64,000 nucleotides of DNA from Eutreptiella sp. 'Long Island Sound 2002' (lineage: Eukaryota; Protista; Euglenida): the NCBI GenBank assembly GCA_964036045.1, contig OZ038379.1, forward strand, positions 12,772,001-12,836,000. Reading direction: 5' to 3'. Positions 37,726-48,502 of the stretch are shown in pieces (the stretch's first letter is position 1; each line of letters opens with the position of its first letter). The notes under the pieces were generated by a model. That model had not been told where the DNA came from and made no database searches. It was given only the letters and a program-made list of their open reading frames with translations. The position numbers and the translations under genes were made by a program.

Positions 37726-37996
37726 AGACACTTCAGGGTCCGCCCCGCGCCCATCATTCCATGCGACATTGGTCCGCGACACTCGGGACTCGGAGGAGGT
37801 GCCCCGGTCCACACTGTTCGCCAAAGGGGATGGGCCCGTGGTGCGAGTGCCTGGCGAACCGCCCTACATCCCGTTCCCTGGCGACGCCGAGCAGCAGAAG
37901 AAGTGGGAGGAGCGGCAGAAGGCCGTGCTGAAGCAGATGCGCGACCTGCGCCTGCTGCCCGAGGGGCGTCCCGCGGGGTCTGTCGCGGAGCACTGA
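37726..37996 (+). CDS. Probable last exon (C-terminal extension, TGA stop)
   Basis: cacag|A GAC is phase 2 and compatible with exon 12; GC3-rich coding style, ...EQQKKWEERQKAVLKQMRDLRLL...; no family homology recognised. Confidence 0.6.
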
Positions 37997-39364
37997 CGAC
38001 GCGGTGTCTGGGGTCGCGATCTGCGTTGCCGTCGAGGGATCTGGTCAACGGGCGTCACCGCCGCCGGTGATGGGGAAGTCGTCGGCTGCCCCCCCGCGGG
38101 AGGCACCGACGTGGATGCGGTCGGCACTGCTCGGGGCGTGGCCCTGACTACGTACGGTGGACGCACGACTGTGTGACGGCAAGACTCGGCCGAGACAGGC
38201 CCCAGACCGCCCCCTGCAATGCAGCGTTCTGCCGTGTCAGCGCCATTGCCTCACGCGGAACAACACAACAATACTCCAACAGCTCTGATCCCACCGCCGT
38301 TGGTTGCCCTTGAAGTGCCGTCCAACCGTGCCAAAGTCAGGGGCTGTGGCTGCTGGACGGCCCAAGTTTTGTATTCCGTGTTCATTCAAACAACGTCCTG
38401 GCGCGTGGGATTCGGCTTGAGCGAGTAGACAAGCCTCACTCCTGTACTCCAAATGCGTGACCCGCAGCAGAAGAAGAAGAAATGAGGGCTCAACCGCCAC
38501 CCCCCCCCCCCACCCCCGAGGCGTTGCACAATGGACACGGGGGGCGCATGACCTTGAAAGGGGGTCCGTGCTGCTGAGTGCCTTTCACTGACTGACGTGT
38601 CGCGAGGGTCGTGAGTGAGGACTGGCGAGGAGGTGGGCACGGGGCGCAGGGGGGCACCGGGCGCACTGCACACGGCTTTGGCGCGAGCACTGCAGCGTGG
38701 CGCAGGGCCAGGCGGCCCCATAGTGCGTCGTTGCCTCGTGCGGAACGATGCTCGGAATATTTGATTCCGGTTGTGTGCGGTGCCCTGTGTTGGAGCATAC
38801 GTCGCCACGTTGGGCAGGGGGGCGGGCTCGGATGCACAGCGCAGTGCTAAAGATGCTCCTTGACCCGAGCCTTTGACAGATGCATCGACGGCGGGAGGAG
38901 GTGGAACTTGGGGAAGCGAGGGAAAACGACAAAAGAGTGGTCGGGTACCGTGCAGTTCAACCGCTGTCCAATACCATGTCTTTTGCATGAACTACTGCTG
39001 TTGATCGAAGTCACTTGTGGCAGGTGGCGCAGGGTTTTTTGGGGGGGGGGGGGTCTAGAAAAGTGGCTGCGGCGACGCATCCCGCATTGCAGAGCAGTGC
39101 AAACAATTGTTGATGGCTTGGGAATCGAACTGCAAATTGGGCAGAGGACCCTTTGTTGCACCATTTTCCTCCATCGAATCCCGATGATCGGGAAGAGGGG
39201 GTGGTCCATAATGACTGGTGGCGTGGCGTGTGGGGAAAGCGGTGTTCGCTGCCACGTCTTTTGTATTTTTGTATGATCTGCTTCTTGGTCGAGGTCATTT
39301 GTGAGAGGGGCAAGGTGGGGGGGGAGGGCTAGGGCAATGGAAGCGGGGGGCTTGTGCACTCTTG

Positions 39365-40522
39365 CAGGGGTGGATATAATAGTGACGACATTACCGGGGT
39401 GGGGGTGGGGGGGGGGGGGGGCGTTGAGCCGGGAGGCAGTGATGACGGAATGACGATTACGATTTGCACCTTTTTCGCTTTACAGGTATGTGTGTTCGCA
39501 GAGTTGGATGAATCTGCAGCTGCGCTACCACCTGGGTTTTGCACCCCTTTCCTTGCTGTGTCATCACAGATTGTACCCCACAGTCCCTTGCGCTTTTTCT
39601 CCCTTTCCCAGGACATCAAATGCAATTTTGTACCTCCTTGCTGCTTGCAGAAATACCATGGTTTTTCTCCCTTGTTGCGTTCCTGCTACCAACACAAATG
39701 TGGTTGTGAAAACTGTAAACAGTGACAGGGTGCTTTTTTTCCATTTTCGCTTTCGGTGCTGCAGGCCTCTTCCACTTTTTATTTTGTTCTCTTTGAAATG
39801 GAGGAACAAAAGAGCATCCGCATGCATTTGATTGGAAAGCAAGATACCCCAGACCCACAGGAATTTCCTGTAGCCTGTGTAGCCTCTGCGTGGGCTGCAG
39901 CAAAGTCTGGGGATCGTAGGCGCTTCCAAACACGCAAGCGCAAGACCCGGAGTGACAAGGGAAAAAAGCGCAAGGTTCTTGTTGTACAAACCTGTGATGA
40001 CAGCGGGGATGACAATGCCCTGCAGGAATTTTGCATGGCTGCCAATGCGCCTGCTGCAGATTCATCCAGTAGCTCGTCTGGAGCCTCGTCCAGTGGTGAC
40101 GTCGTCTCCATCTCAAGTTCCAGCTCAGACAGCTCCAGCTCAGGCAGTGCAGACACAGATGGTTCCAAACTGCAAGCCATTTTTGGCAAAATGTGTCAAG
40201 AAATAATTGCACACTGTGGACTGTCTTCATGGGATACATACAGCACTGTTCACTGTAGTGTTTTGTGTCAGGGAGGGCAGATCAGTGCAGTAGCACAGTG
40301 GTATGATGCCCAGACTTGAGGAATGGTGGTCCTGGGTTCAATTCCAGTTGGACCCAAACTGCTGGCGTTTTTTTTGGCCATCAGACCTGGCGCTTTTTTT
40401 TTGTCAAACTGCCGACAAAACTGCCGTTCAGTCACACGGGTGAATCGTAATCGTAATCGTCATCGGGGGGGGGGGGGGGGGGCTGGGGGGGGGACCACCC
40501 CCCCCCACTATATCCACCCCTG
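39365..40522. mobile_element. Non-autonomous hAT-type element, 1158 bp
   Basis: TIR CAGGGGTGGATATA; perfect 8 bp TSD CACTCTTG at 39357-39364 and 40523-40530; subterminal GACGATTACGATT / AATCGTAATCGTC; internal frame 39756-40319 carries RKRKTRSDKGKKR. Confidence 0.88.
40284..40357 (+). other. tRNA-derived Pol III head inside the second hAT element
   Basis: A-box TAGCACAGTGG, B-box GGTTCAATTCC, T8 at 40368; 27/30 identical to 28170-28199. Confidence 0.6.
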
Positions 40523-43500
40523 CACTCTTGTGCGTGACGTTGGGGTGTTCATCCCACTACTCATTACTGCAGCGCTCTGCACACTGGACGGGGGACGAGA
40601 CAAACTCGGGAAAACGAGCCAAAATGGGGGGAACTGGGGCAGGGGTGGAGCCAGAACCCCTCATTTTCCCATTCCCAGTGCGTTCCCTCCGGAATGCCCC
40701 AGGGGCACCAGGAACGCCATCACGATTGATGCATGACCCATCCCACTGCAATGCTATTGGGCCGACCCTCGGGCTCCGGCACTTTCGATTGCGGGAGGAA
40801 TAGAGCCCCCCCGCCGCCCCAAGGGCTCCATTGACCAGACCCCCTTACACCGCCCGGGCATGGCCCGGAGGTGACCCGGGCCCCGGATTTCAGAAAAAGT
40901 AGAGATTGTGCCTTTCGAATCAGCGCGATGCGGGGGTCCGGAAACGTCCGCAGTTGTCTGGGATTCAGTGAAAAGGTGTTTGACCATTCTTGACCCCTGA
41001 AAATTGTCTTCGGATTTTATAATGACTGACCAATGGCCCCACTTCGATTGAGCCCCCGGCAGGGGACCTGCCCCCCCCACCGCACACACCGGCCGTTGCA
41101 GCTTTTCCGTCAGCCGCGTCTGTGCCATGAATCAAGTCCCATTCCGCAATGGCTTTGGACAATAGCTTGTCCTGTCCTGATCGAAAGGAGGTGCAACCAA
41201 CAGGGGCTTGAGTTCGGGGGTCTGGGGACATCTTGAAATGGCCACAGCCGTTAGGTATAGGCCCATGTCTACGCAGCTCCGGAGCCTGGGCGTGACTGCT
41301 TTGCGGTCACGCCCAGGTTGCGCAAAACCGCTGTGGTGCGGCTTCTGCATCACTGCCGCTTCCTCATTCCCTCAAACGCTGTGCAGTTGCATCGCCTCGT
41401 CAGCGTCTTCTCAGTCTGGAGTGCCCTTTTGAGATCCGCCTATTGACCATTGATGACAGCTGTGGAACAGCTGCAGAATGCAATTCATCGCACAGTTTCC
41501 GTCGTTTCGTTGCGGCACAGGTACCCGCCCGGGCGCCTCGTAGCTGTTGATGGCCATCCTGCAAATGATGATCGATGTGCAACCACTCAATGCGCTACAT
41601 AATCCTTTGCAGGGCTCTGCATCCAGTGAGCAGCAGGTCAGAGGTCTGTAGCCCCGGTGCAATCATATTGACGGCCATAAAAGTGAATGGTCATTGTGGA
41701 ATGGTGTTGGTCAGGCTTCGGAGAAATCATGGAATGGCTGAATGTCCCAATGGGAATCAAGACAAATGGCCCTCCAGGATGTATTTGTCCCAGAGTCAAT
41801 ACCACGTCCAATACCTTCAGGGCCTGCATTGTTCAGGAAAATTATCTCAAATATTGAACCCCCCCCCCCGCCTGCTTCTTCGCAAGCACGACCGTACAAA
41901 CGCGAATTTTTTGTGCAAACGTTTGCTTCTCGGCACGAGGTGGCCAGAATGCGCAGCAAAAAGACGCGAAAAATCAAAATGTGCAAATCACGAAATGGCT
42001 ACTTGGACCTCAAATTCTGCACGTTTTGCTGTCCTGCTTCCACTTTTGGAGAATATTCGAAGGGACAGGTGGGATAGGCGCGCTTTGCTGCTGCTGCTGC
42101 TGCAGACCAGGCCGCTGTGTCTGATTTCTGCCGAGGCATTGTCCCTGAGGAGCCTGCCCCTCGTCGCCCAGTTGGGACCCGTGGTGCTTTTGACGTGCAG
42201 GCGTTTGCATGTCTCATTGTCAACCAGCTGGTTGAGAAAGCTTTGAGCTAGTGCAGAGTTCACAATATTTGCCCCACTTCTTTTTTCGGTCCAATTCCTA
42301 GCTCAAAAATTCAAATTCGCCACAAATCGCACTTTTTCCCCTTCTTGTTGCTTCGCAAATTTTTTTTGCAAATTAAAAGTTCAAACTGCCCTGTCCAAAA
42401 ATTAATTTTCCGCGAAACACTACGGTGTGCACGGTATGCAGATTCTTCTGTCACACAGGCCATATGTTTTCACCACTATCCATACCTGCACATCTAACAA
42501 GTCACCACTGACCACGTCATCCCGAGATCATCACCATGTACTCATCACCATGTCATAACCAGGCAATCACAACATGGCCACAGCATGACCACGATGATCT
42601 CATTATGGCATTTCTTCTGCTTGCCTGTCATTTGCATCACTTTGGCCGCATGAAAATGCCAAACCTCGGACAGATTATGGAATCCTCACCGCAGCCACCC
42701 CCGTAACCCGACTCAATCTGACACAAAATGCAGAGACTGGCCTTGCTCACCTCACAATGACATCAGATTATGAGCGTCTCTCAGAAGCTTCGATCATTGT
42801 GGAATGGACTTTGGGTGCCCGTAGTTGCGTTGGTGCTAAGAGCAGTCTGTCTGACAGCAAATATGCGCTGGTTCTCAGGCTGATGAGTGGCGAATTCCTG
42901 GGTGCCTGAGGGCGAGTTGAGGAGCGGCCACATGGAGGTACAGGAGCGAATGGCGGTGTGTACGCGATCACTGGTCCGCTGGATCACTGGACTCTGGGGG
43001 CTGGGTTTGACGAGAGGCTGGGGCTGCGGCAGGACCCATTCTAGGGACTCTGAGGCTGTTTAGGTTATGTAGCTGTTTGCAACTCTGGACCCTAAGATAG
43101 CACAAGTTATGTAGCAAGTTGGAATTCACCAAACTCAGGGAACTCCACTTTGGTATCCTGAGTCCTTGGATGCCAACTAAGGGTCGAGTCGCCAATGGAT
43201 GGATTCCTCTGGATTTGTGGTTCACTGAGATGGTAGTGGTAATTTAGCCATCTTCATTCCACCGAATTCAGAGGACTTGATATTGTAGGTGGTATGTAGC
43301 CATTGTCATTCTCGGCTCCTTTTGGGACCTTAAGACGGCATGAATTTTGTAGCCATTTGGATTTCCTCCCTGGTACAGGGATTATACTTATTTTTATGTA
43401 GCCCTTTGGGTTCCTCCCCATTTTGGGACCCTGAGATAGCAAGGATGGTGTAGGCATGATGCCTTTTGGTACCTTGGGATGGCAAGAGTGACATAGCTGT

Positions 43501-44984
43501 TTTTATCCGACCCACCGTGTGGACCTGAAACACCTGTGGACACAACGTTCTCAGGGGCCCACCCCTGACAAGCACACCTTGCTTTATGATAGAGTATCTT
43601 CAACCACACATCCCATTTAATGAATTAGCAGGCCCTAGAGTGCGTCCCTCGTGCTCTTCCGACAGGCTAGCGGCCCCGGTCCTCGGTATGCTGTGGGTTA
43701 TGGGACAAAGCTCGCATTCGCCGTCGCCTCCTGCACATGGTGGACAAAAAAGCATCCTCGTCGTGGCCTCTCCCGGTTCATCTGGGTTGGCCACACACCC
43801 ACGCACAGCTTCTTTTTCCCATACGCAAACAAGCTGTGATGGCATGCTTGCCGACGTTTCAAGTGCTGCCAGAGGTACGGCAGAAGGCACTCAAGCAGAA
43901 GGCGCTCTGCGTTCGTCATGGGCATGATTGACTAGACCACCATGTGTTGCGCTCCTCGGGGTGTCCACCTGGGATAGCCGCATCAAGATCCACCAGAATC
44001 GCACCGCAAACAAGTTTACAAATTCATATTAGGGGCATCTCAGTTTGCCCCGCCTCATGTCCGCCCAAGAATGAAGGAGCCTTGTAACCCATACAGCTAG
44101 CTGTGGACTATCTCGTCTCTTGATCTTAGCCGGGAGCCTCTGCGGACGCAACTTGTTGCTCGTCGGTCGCTGAAGCAGTGGTGGGGGGATGGCTTGTGTT
44201 CCATGTGGGGTGAGGCGGTGTTGGCATGTTGTGACCGCACCGATGATGGGAGTACCCGAGTTCACCCGTTGTGGTACAGAGTCATGGGCTAGTGGTGCGT
44301 CCACTACAGTGGTCGCTGACGACATGTCGTTGGCAACGCCGTGGTCCAAGTATTTTTTCACCAAGGACCCTCAAATACCGGTCGTTGGCCTCCACGGGAG
44401 CTTATGGAACATGTTTCAACTACCGGTAGAGTTCCTTCAGCTCAAGGCCTTCATTGAGTACTCCCAACTGGCCAAGGTGTATTGTGGGGTGCATGAGTGC
44501 GTCGTCGGCAGTGGCGGCCACGGTATGCTTGAGGTGGACACTGTGGACGAGGCATGTCCACAGTGTCCTGTGCTTGTCCAGCCCTATCAGCACGTCTTCA
44601 GGCGCACGACAAAGAAGCCAATTAAGGTGCAAACAACATTCTGAAGATAATGTCACGCATGCTTTCTGTGCTGCAAGGCGAGCATCCCTTGTTCATCCCC
44701 CTGGGCCTACTTCACACTACCAATCACGACATTTCATAGCCGCAGTCAGAACAAGGAATACTTTTTCTGGGTGCGACCCCGCTTGGTTGAATGAATATAT
44801 ATGATGGCACAAAGCCACACAAGCAATAATTCAAATTAGTCTGTTGGCACAAGATTCCGAGTACCAGTTGTCATCTTGCTTCTGTGCCCCGTTGCATGCC
44901 CCATGGCCCTATGAGACACTGCAATCTTTTTTGGTTGGTCAGTCACAGTCCATCACCGTCCGTCATAGTCGATTACCCACCCTC

Positions 44985-45236
44985 AATCAGTCAGTCAGTC
45001 AGTCACCCAGTCACTCAGTCAATCAATCAGGCAGTCAGTCAGTCAGGCAGGAAGGCAGGCAGGCAGGCAGGCAGGCAACAGTCAGGCTGTCAATCAGTCA
45101 ATCAGTCAATCAGTCAATCAGTTTATCAGTCAGTCAGCCAATCAATCAATCAGTCAGTTAGCCAGTCAGTCAGTCAGGTAAGCAATCAGGCAGCAGGCAG
45201 GCAGTCAGTCAGGCAGGCAGTCAGTCAGTCAATCAC
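44985..45236. repeat. Compound (CAGT)/(CAAT)/(CAGG) tetranucleotide microsatellite
   Basis: Direct. Confidence 0.95.
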
Positions 45237-45281
45237 TCAGAATGGCATGGCACTCTTTCTGGTTTTACGCATCTTGGCGTC

Positions 45282-45308
45282 ACTTTCTGAGTGTCTTATT
45301 TTTTTTCG
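45282..45308 (+). other. Genome-embedded Euglena-type spliced-leader sequence
   Basis: ACTTTCTGAGTGTCTTATTTTTTTTCG vs the E. gracilis SL as I recall it, ACTTTCTGAGTGTCTATTTTTTTTCG (one extra T); followed by AAC, not by the GT donor of an SL RNA gene. Confidence 0.88.
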
Positions 45309-45331
45309 AACAAGATGCCACAGCTGCTGCT

Positions 45332-48300
45332 ATGAATCACATCCCTGACTTCCACAAGTCTATCAAGGATGCACAGACTCAGGACCAAGCCATCTATAAC
45401 GACCTGTTGGCCATACGCCCTCCATTGTCGCGGGTCTCGGGGCTGCGCAACGTGGTCAAGTCCCTCTTAGGTGTGGCCTCCAAGGCCTCTTGGGCCTTCC
45501 CGGCTCACGTCAACGCTCTGCTCCGCGATGGCTGCGCAGCCTTTCCAGATCTGGAGGCCACCCTTGAGCGATTTGCGGCTACCTGCCTTCACAAAGTGCA
45601 AACCCTGCAGAAGACTGTTGGGCACCTCGAAAGGGAGAGCCTGCAGACGCTCAAGGAGGTTGACAGCCTGCGTGTGCAGCTGCAGCACTCCCAGACCTTG
45701 GCAGCACGGCGCCTTTTGTCTTTCTCCCTCTTCACTGCCTGTAGGCTGCTCAGAGAAGGAAAGCTGAAGCGCTCCATCATGCCTGCGGGTCGCGTGACGA
45801 TGGTTGCGACGTACGTATTTGAGATTGCGGAGATTTGGCGGAACGACGAGATCACAGGCGCTCTCGAGCTGATGGTTCAGGAGTTTGAGAAGTCGTTGGC
45901 GGAGTGCAAAGGTTTCAATGCCTGGGACGACGGCTTTGGGAACCACTTGATGGTGTTCAAGGAAGCGGCGGACGCCATTCTGTGGTGCTGCCAAGTGCAG
46001 ACAAACCTGCTCAAGATCGATTGGCCGGCCCGTTTGCTGCAGGAGAACTCGTGCAAACCCGTGTACAAAAAAAACGGGGACTTAATCCTCAACGGGTTGC
46101 GTCTGAAGATGGGGATACACACCGGCATTCCGGACACGCAGTGGAAGGGCAAAGGTGGCAGCATGTACTCCGGGCCGCGGGTGGTCGAGACGGAGTCCAT
46201 CGCGGGGATGGCCTCGATGGGGGAGATCCTAATGAGCCAGGCCACGTTCGCTGACGTCACCAAGTTCGCGTCGCCGGAAGTCACGCAGAAGCTGCACGAT
46301 GGCAACATCGCGTGGCTGCAACGGGACGGTGAGTGTATGGTGGTGGATGGCACTGCCTCGACCCTGCACATTGTGTACTCCACGGCGCTGATGCCCAGGC
46401 GGGGCTTCCTGCTGTCGCAAACCGCTGACAAACGGCTGCAGATCTACCAGGGCAAGCTCACGCTGAGCAGCCGCCTGGGGAATCTCAGCGTCCCTGAGGG
46501 CGGCGGCGTGGGCCTGTACTCGAAGCAGGGGAAGAAGGAGCCGCTGCACGTGGAGCCAATGTCCGTCCACCAGCGCACGGCCGCCATCGTGCACAGTTTG
46601 GCCTCCGCCTTCGACCTGGACACCAAAGGCCACGAGCTGGTGGACTTGCTCACGCAGGTCTTGGCGAAGGTCCAGCTTCTGAAGGCGCAGGTCGCGGCGC
46701 TGGAGGAAGGCACGTCGCGGAGGCACGGGTCCCCGGGGAGCGCTGCTGCCGCTTCGGAGCGTGGAACGGACGGACGCCCGCCGTCTTCGGACCCCGAGAC
46801 CAACGAGAAGGTGGACAAGGAGCTGATGCTGCTCTCCCTACAGCCGTTGGCGCACCTCGGCAGCTTCAGCCTCACAGCCCGCGTCCTTGCGGGCTTTGAC
46901 AAGGCGACCCGCGACCTCATGGCCCAGGGGCCGGAGCAGACCGGCTCGTCGTGCTGGTTTTGTCGCCGCCACACGGACGCTGACGTGCGTGGCGCCCCCA
47001 GCGATGAGCGCTGGCGCTTGCCCAGCCCCTCATCTCCCTCGAAGACGACCCCGCGGTCAGAGGACGGGAAGCAAGACACGCCACGCGATCTGGTGCCCCG
47101 TCCAGACGACGTTTGCGCGCGCTGTGGCAGCTCCAAGAGCCCTAGAGAACCCAAGAGCCCAGGGACCCCACCGTCGTGGGGGCTATCCAAGGGGATTCTA
47201 AGGACCGGCAAATCCAAGAAGCAAGTGCGGTTCGGACGCGAGCATCAGCTCCGGCTGCGCACTGCGGATTGTGAGACCAGCGATATCGATTGGGGGGACA
47301 GTGCCGACGCCAGTTCCGCGAGCCCCGCCAGTGGCGAAGCGTTCCCCCGCGTTACAAGTCCCACGGTCCCCCCATCCGCCGCCCCCGGTAGCCCCCCTAC
47401 CCCAACGAAGTCGGGTGATTTCGACACCGCTGTCCCAGACGATGACCTTGTCGCCCCCCAGGACCCCCCGAGCCCGCAGGCTGGCACTGGTCCTGATGCC
47501 CCGCCCGTCGCGCCTGCGGCCGACACGGGGGCCGAGATACCCCCGGAGGCAATCGTGGAGGAATGCACGGAGGGGGATACGGCCTCGAAAAGCAGTAGCT
47601 CGCCCCTGGAGCCCGTGGAGGCCGGGGCCTGGCCCCAGGAGGAGTTGAATGGCGGTGAGGTGTTGCCGTGGCAGAACTCCACCACGGTCTCCGTCTCCGC
47701 TGTCATGGCGCACCCGGTCCCCGACGGCCCCGCAGGCAAGGCCCCAGACAAGGGCAGAGAGCACTCGCCGGGGGGTACGCCCAGGTCACAGCCGCAGGGG
47801 GGTACGCCCAGGTCACAGCCGCAGGGGGGTACGCCCAGGTCACAGCCGCAGCAGGGGCCCTTCCTGCACCACCGCAACTCTGTAGGGCCTGACCCGCCGG
47901 AGCCCACCAGCGAAGAGGGTGACGGCAAGCCCCTGAGCCGTGGCGGGTCCGGCGCGCAGCTCACCAGGCGACGCCGGCCACCGAGGCGGCAAGGCAGTGG
48001 CCTCCGTCTGGCGGAGAGCTCCCTCGCCGTTGAGGAGGATGAGTTGGAGGCAGCCCCGGCTACTGAGCCCCTTTGTACAGAGGAGGACAGAGGTGCGACG
48101 CCAGTGCCGGCGTCTCCGACCGCCTCGGCGTCAGCATCTTCCATTTCCAACGCCGAGCCGGCCACTCCCCCGGCTGCCCGCAAGCTGTTGTCCCCAAAGG
48201 TCCGGAGAATCTCCAACGCCACGGACAGCTCGCGAATGACGTCATTCAAAGAGAAGATGCGGCGCATCAAGGCGGAGCAGAAGAAAAAGCAGGCGGCACT

Positions 48301-48502
48301 GGAGGAGGAGTATGCCACAATATCGCAGCTGATGCAACCCCCGGCAACGTCTGCGGACTACTCACATCTGCAGACGATGCATGGCGGTGGCGGGATCATG
48401 AAGGTGAGTGTCAAGGGGCACAACGCAATCCAGCGACAGCGGGAAGGGCGTAGCCAGCGCGTCACCTCCGTCTTGGATTCCGCTGCCGGGTTTGACTTGT
48501 GA
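45332..48502 (+). CDS. Intronless class III adenylate/guanylate cyclase-like protein, 1056 aa, probably catalytically inactive; long disordered C-terminus
   Basis: DWPARLL...GLRLKMGIHTG...YSGPRV...GEILMS is the euglenozoan-type cyclase fold; N-terminal coiled coil; first in-frame ATG 23 nt after the SL. Confidence 0.88.
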   Translation: MNHIPDFHKSIKDAQTQDQAIYNDLLAIRPPLSRVSGLRNVVKSLLGVASKASWAFPAHVNALLRDGCAAFPDLEATLERFAATCLHKVQTLQKTVGHLERESLQTLKEVDSLRVQLQHSQTLAARRLLSFSLFTACRLLREGKLKRSIMPAGRVTMVATYVFEIAEIWRNDEITGALELMVQEFEKSLAECKGFNAWDDGFGNHLMVFKEAADAILWCCQVQTNLLKIDWPARLLQENSCKPVYKKNGDLILNGLRLKMGIHTGIPDTQWKGKGGSMYSGPRVVETESIAGMASMGEILMSQATFADVTKFASPEVTQKLHDGNIAWLQRDGECMVVDGTASTLHIVYSTALMPRRGFLLSQTADKRLQIYQGKLTLSSRLGNLSVPEGGGVGLYSKQGKKEPLHVEPMSVHQRTAAIVHSLASAFDLDTKGHELVDLLTQVLAKVQLLKAQVAALEEGTSRRHGSPGSAAAASERGTDGRPPSSDPETNEKVDKELMLLSLQPLAHLGSFSLTARVLAGFDKATRDLMAQGPEQTGSSCWFCRRHTDADVRGAPSDERWRLPSPSSPSKTTPRSEDGKQDTPRDLVPRPDDVCARCGSSKSPREPKSPGTPPSWGLSKGILRTGKSKKQVRFGREHQLRLRTADCETSDIDWGDSADASSASPASGEAFPRVTSPTVPPSAAPGSPPTPTKSGDFDTAVPDDDLVAPQDPPSPQAGTGPDAPPVAPAADTGAEIPPEAIVEECTEGDTASKSSSSPLEPVEAGAWPQEELNGGEVLPWQNSTTVSVSAVMAHPVPDGPAGKAPDKGREHSPGGTPRSQPQGGTPRSQPQGGTPRSQPQQGPFLHHRNSVGPDPPEPTSEEGDGKPLSRGGSGAQLTRRRRPPRRQGSGLRLAESSLAVEEDELEAAPATEPLCTEEDRGATPVPASPTASASASSISNAEPATPPAARKLLSPKVRRISNATDSSRMTSFKEKMRRIKAEQKKKQAALEEEYATISQLMQPPATSADYSHLQTMHGGGGIMKVSVKGHNAIQRQREGRSQRVTSVLDSAAGFDL
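47771..47851 (+). repeat. 27 bp in-frame repeat x3 (GGTPRSQPQ)
   Basis: GGGGGTACGCCCAGGTCACAGCCGCAG x3. Confidence 0.95.

Noticed and set aside
42770-44660. Degraded minus-strand Gag-like or other coding remnant
   Set aside because: Multiple stops and frameshifts and no motif I can name.
45282-45308. SL RNA gene
   Set aside because: No GT donor or SL intron/Sm site follows; a protein-coding frame follows instead.
45242-45331. ORF-track start at 45242
   Set aside because: It reads through microsatellite flank and the SL; ATG 45332 after the SL is more plausible.
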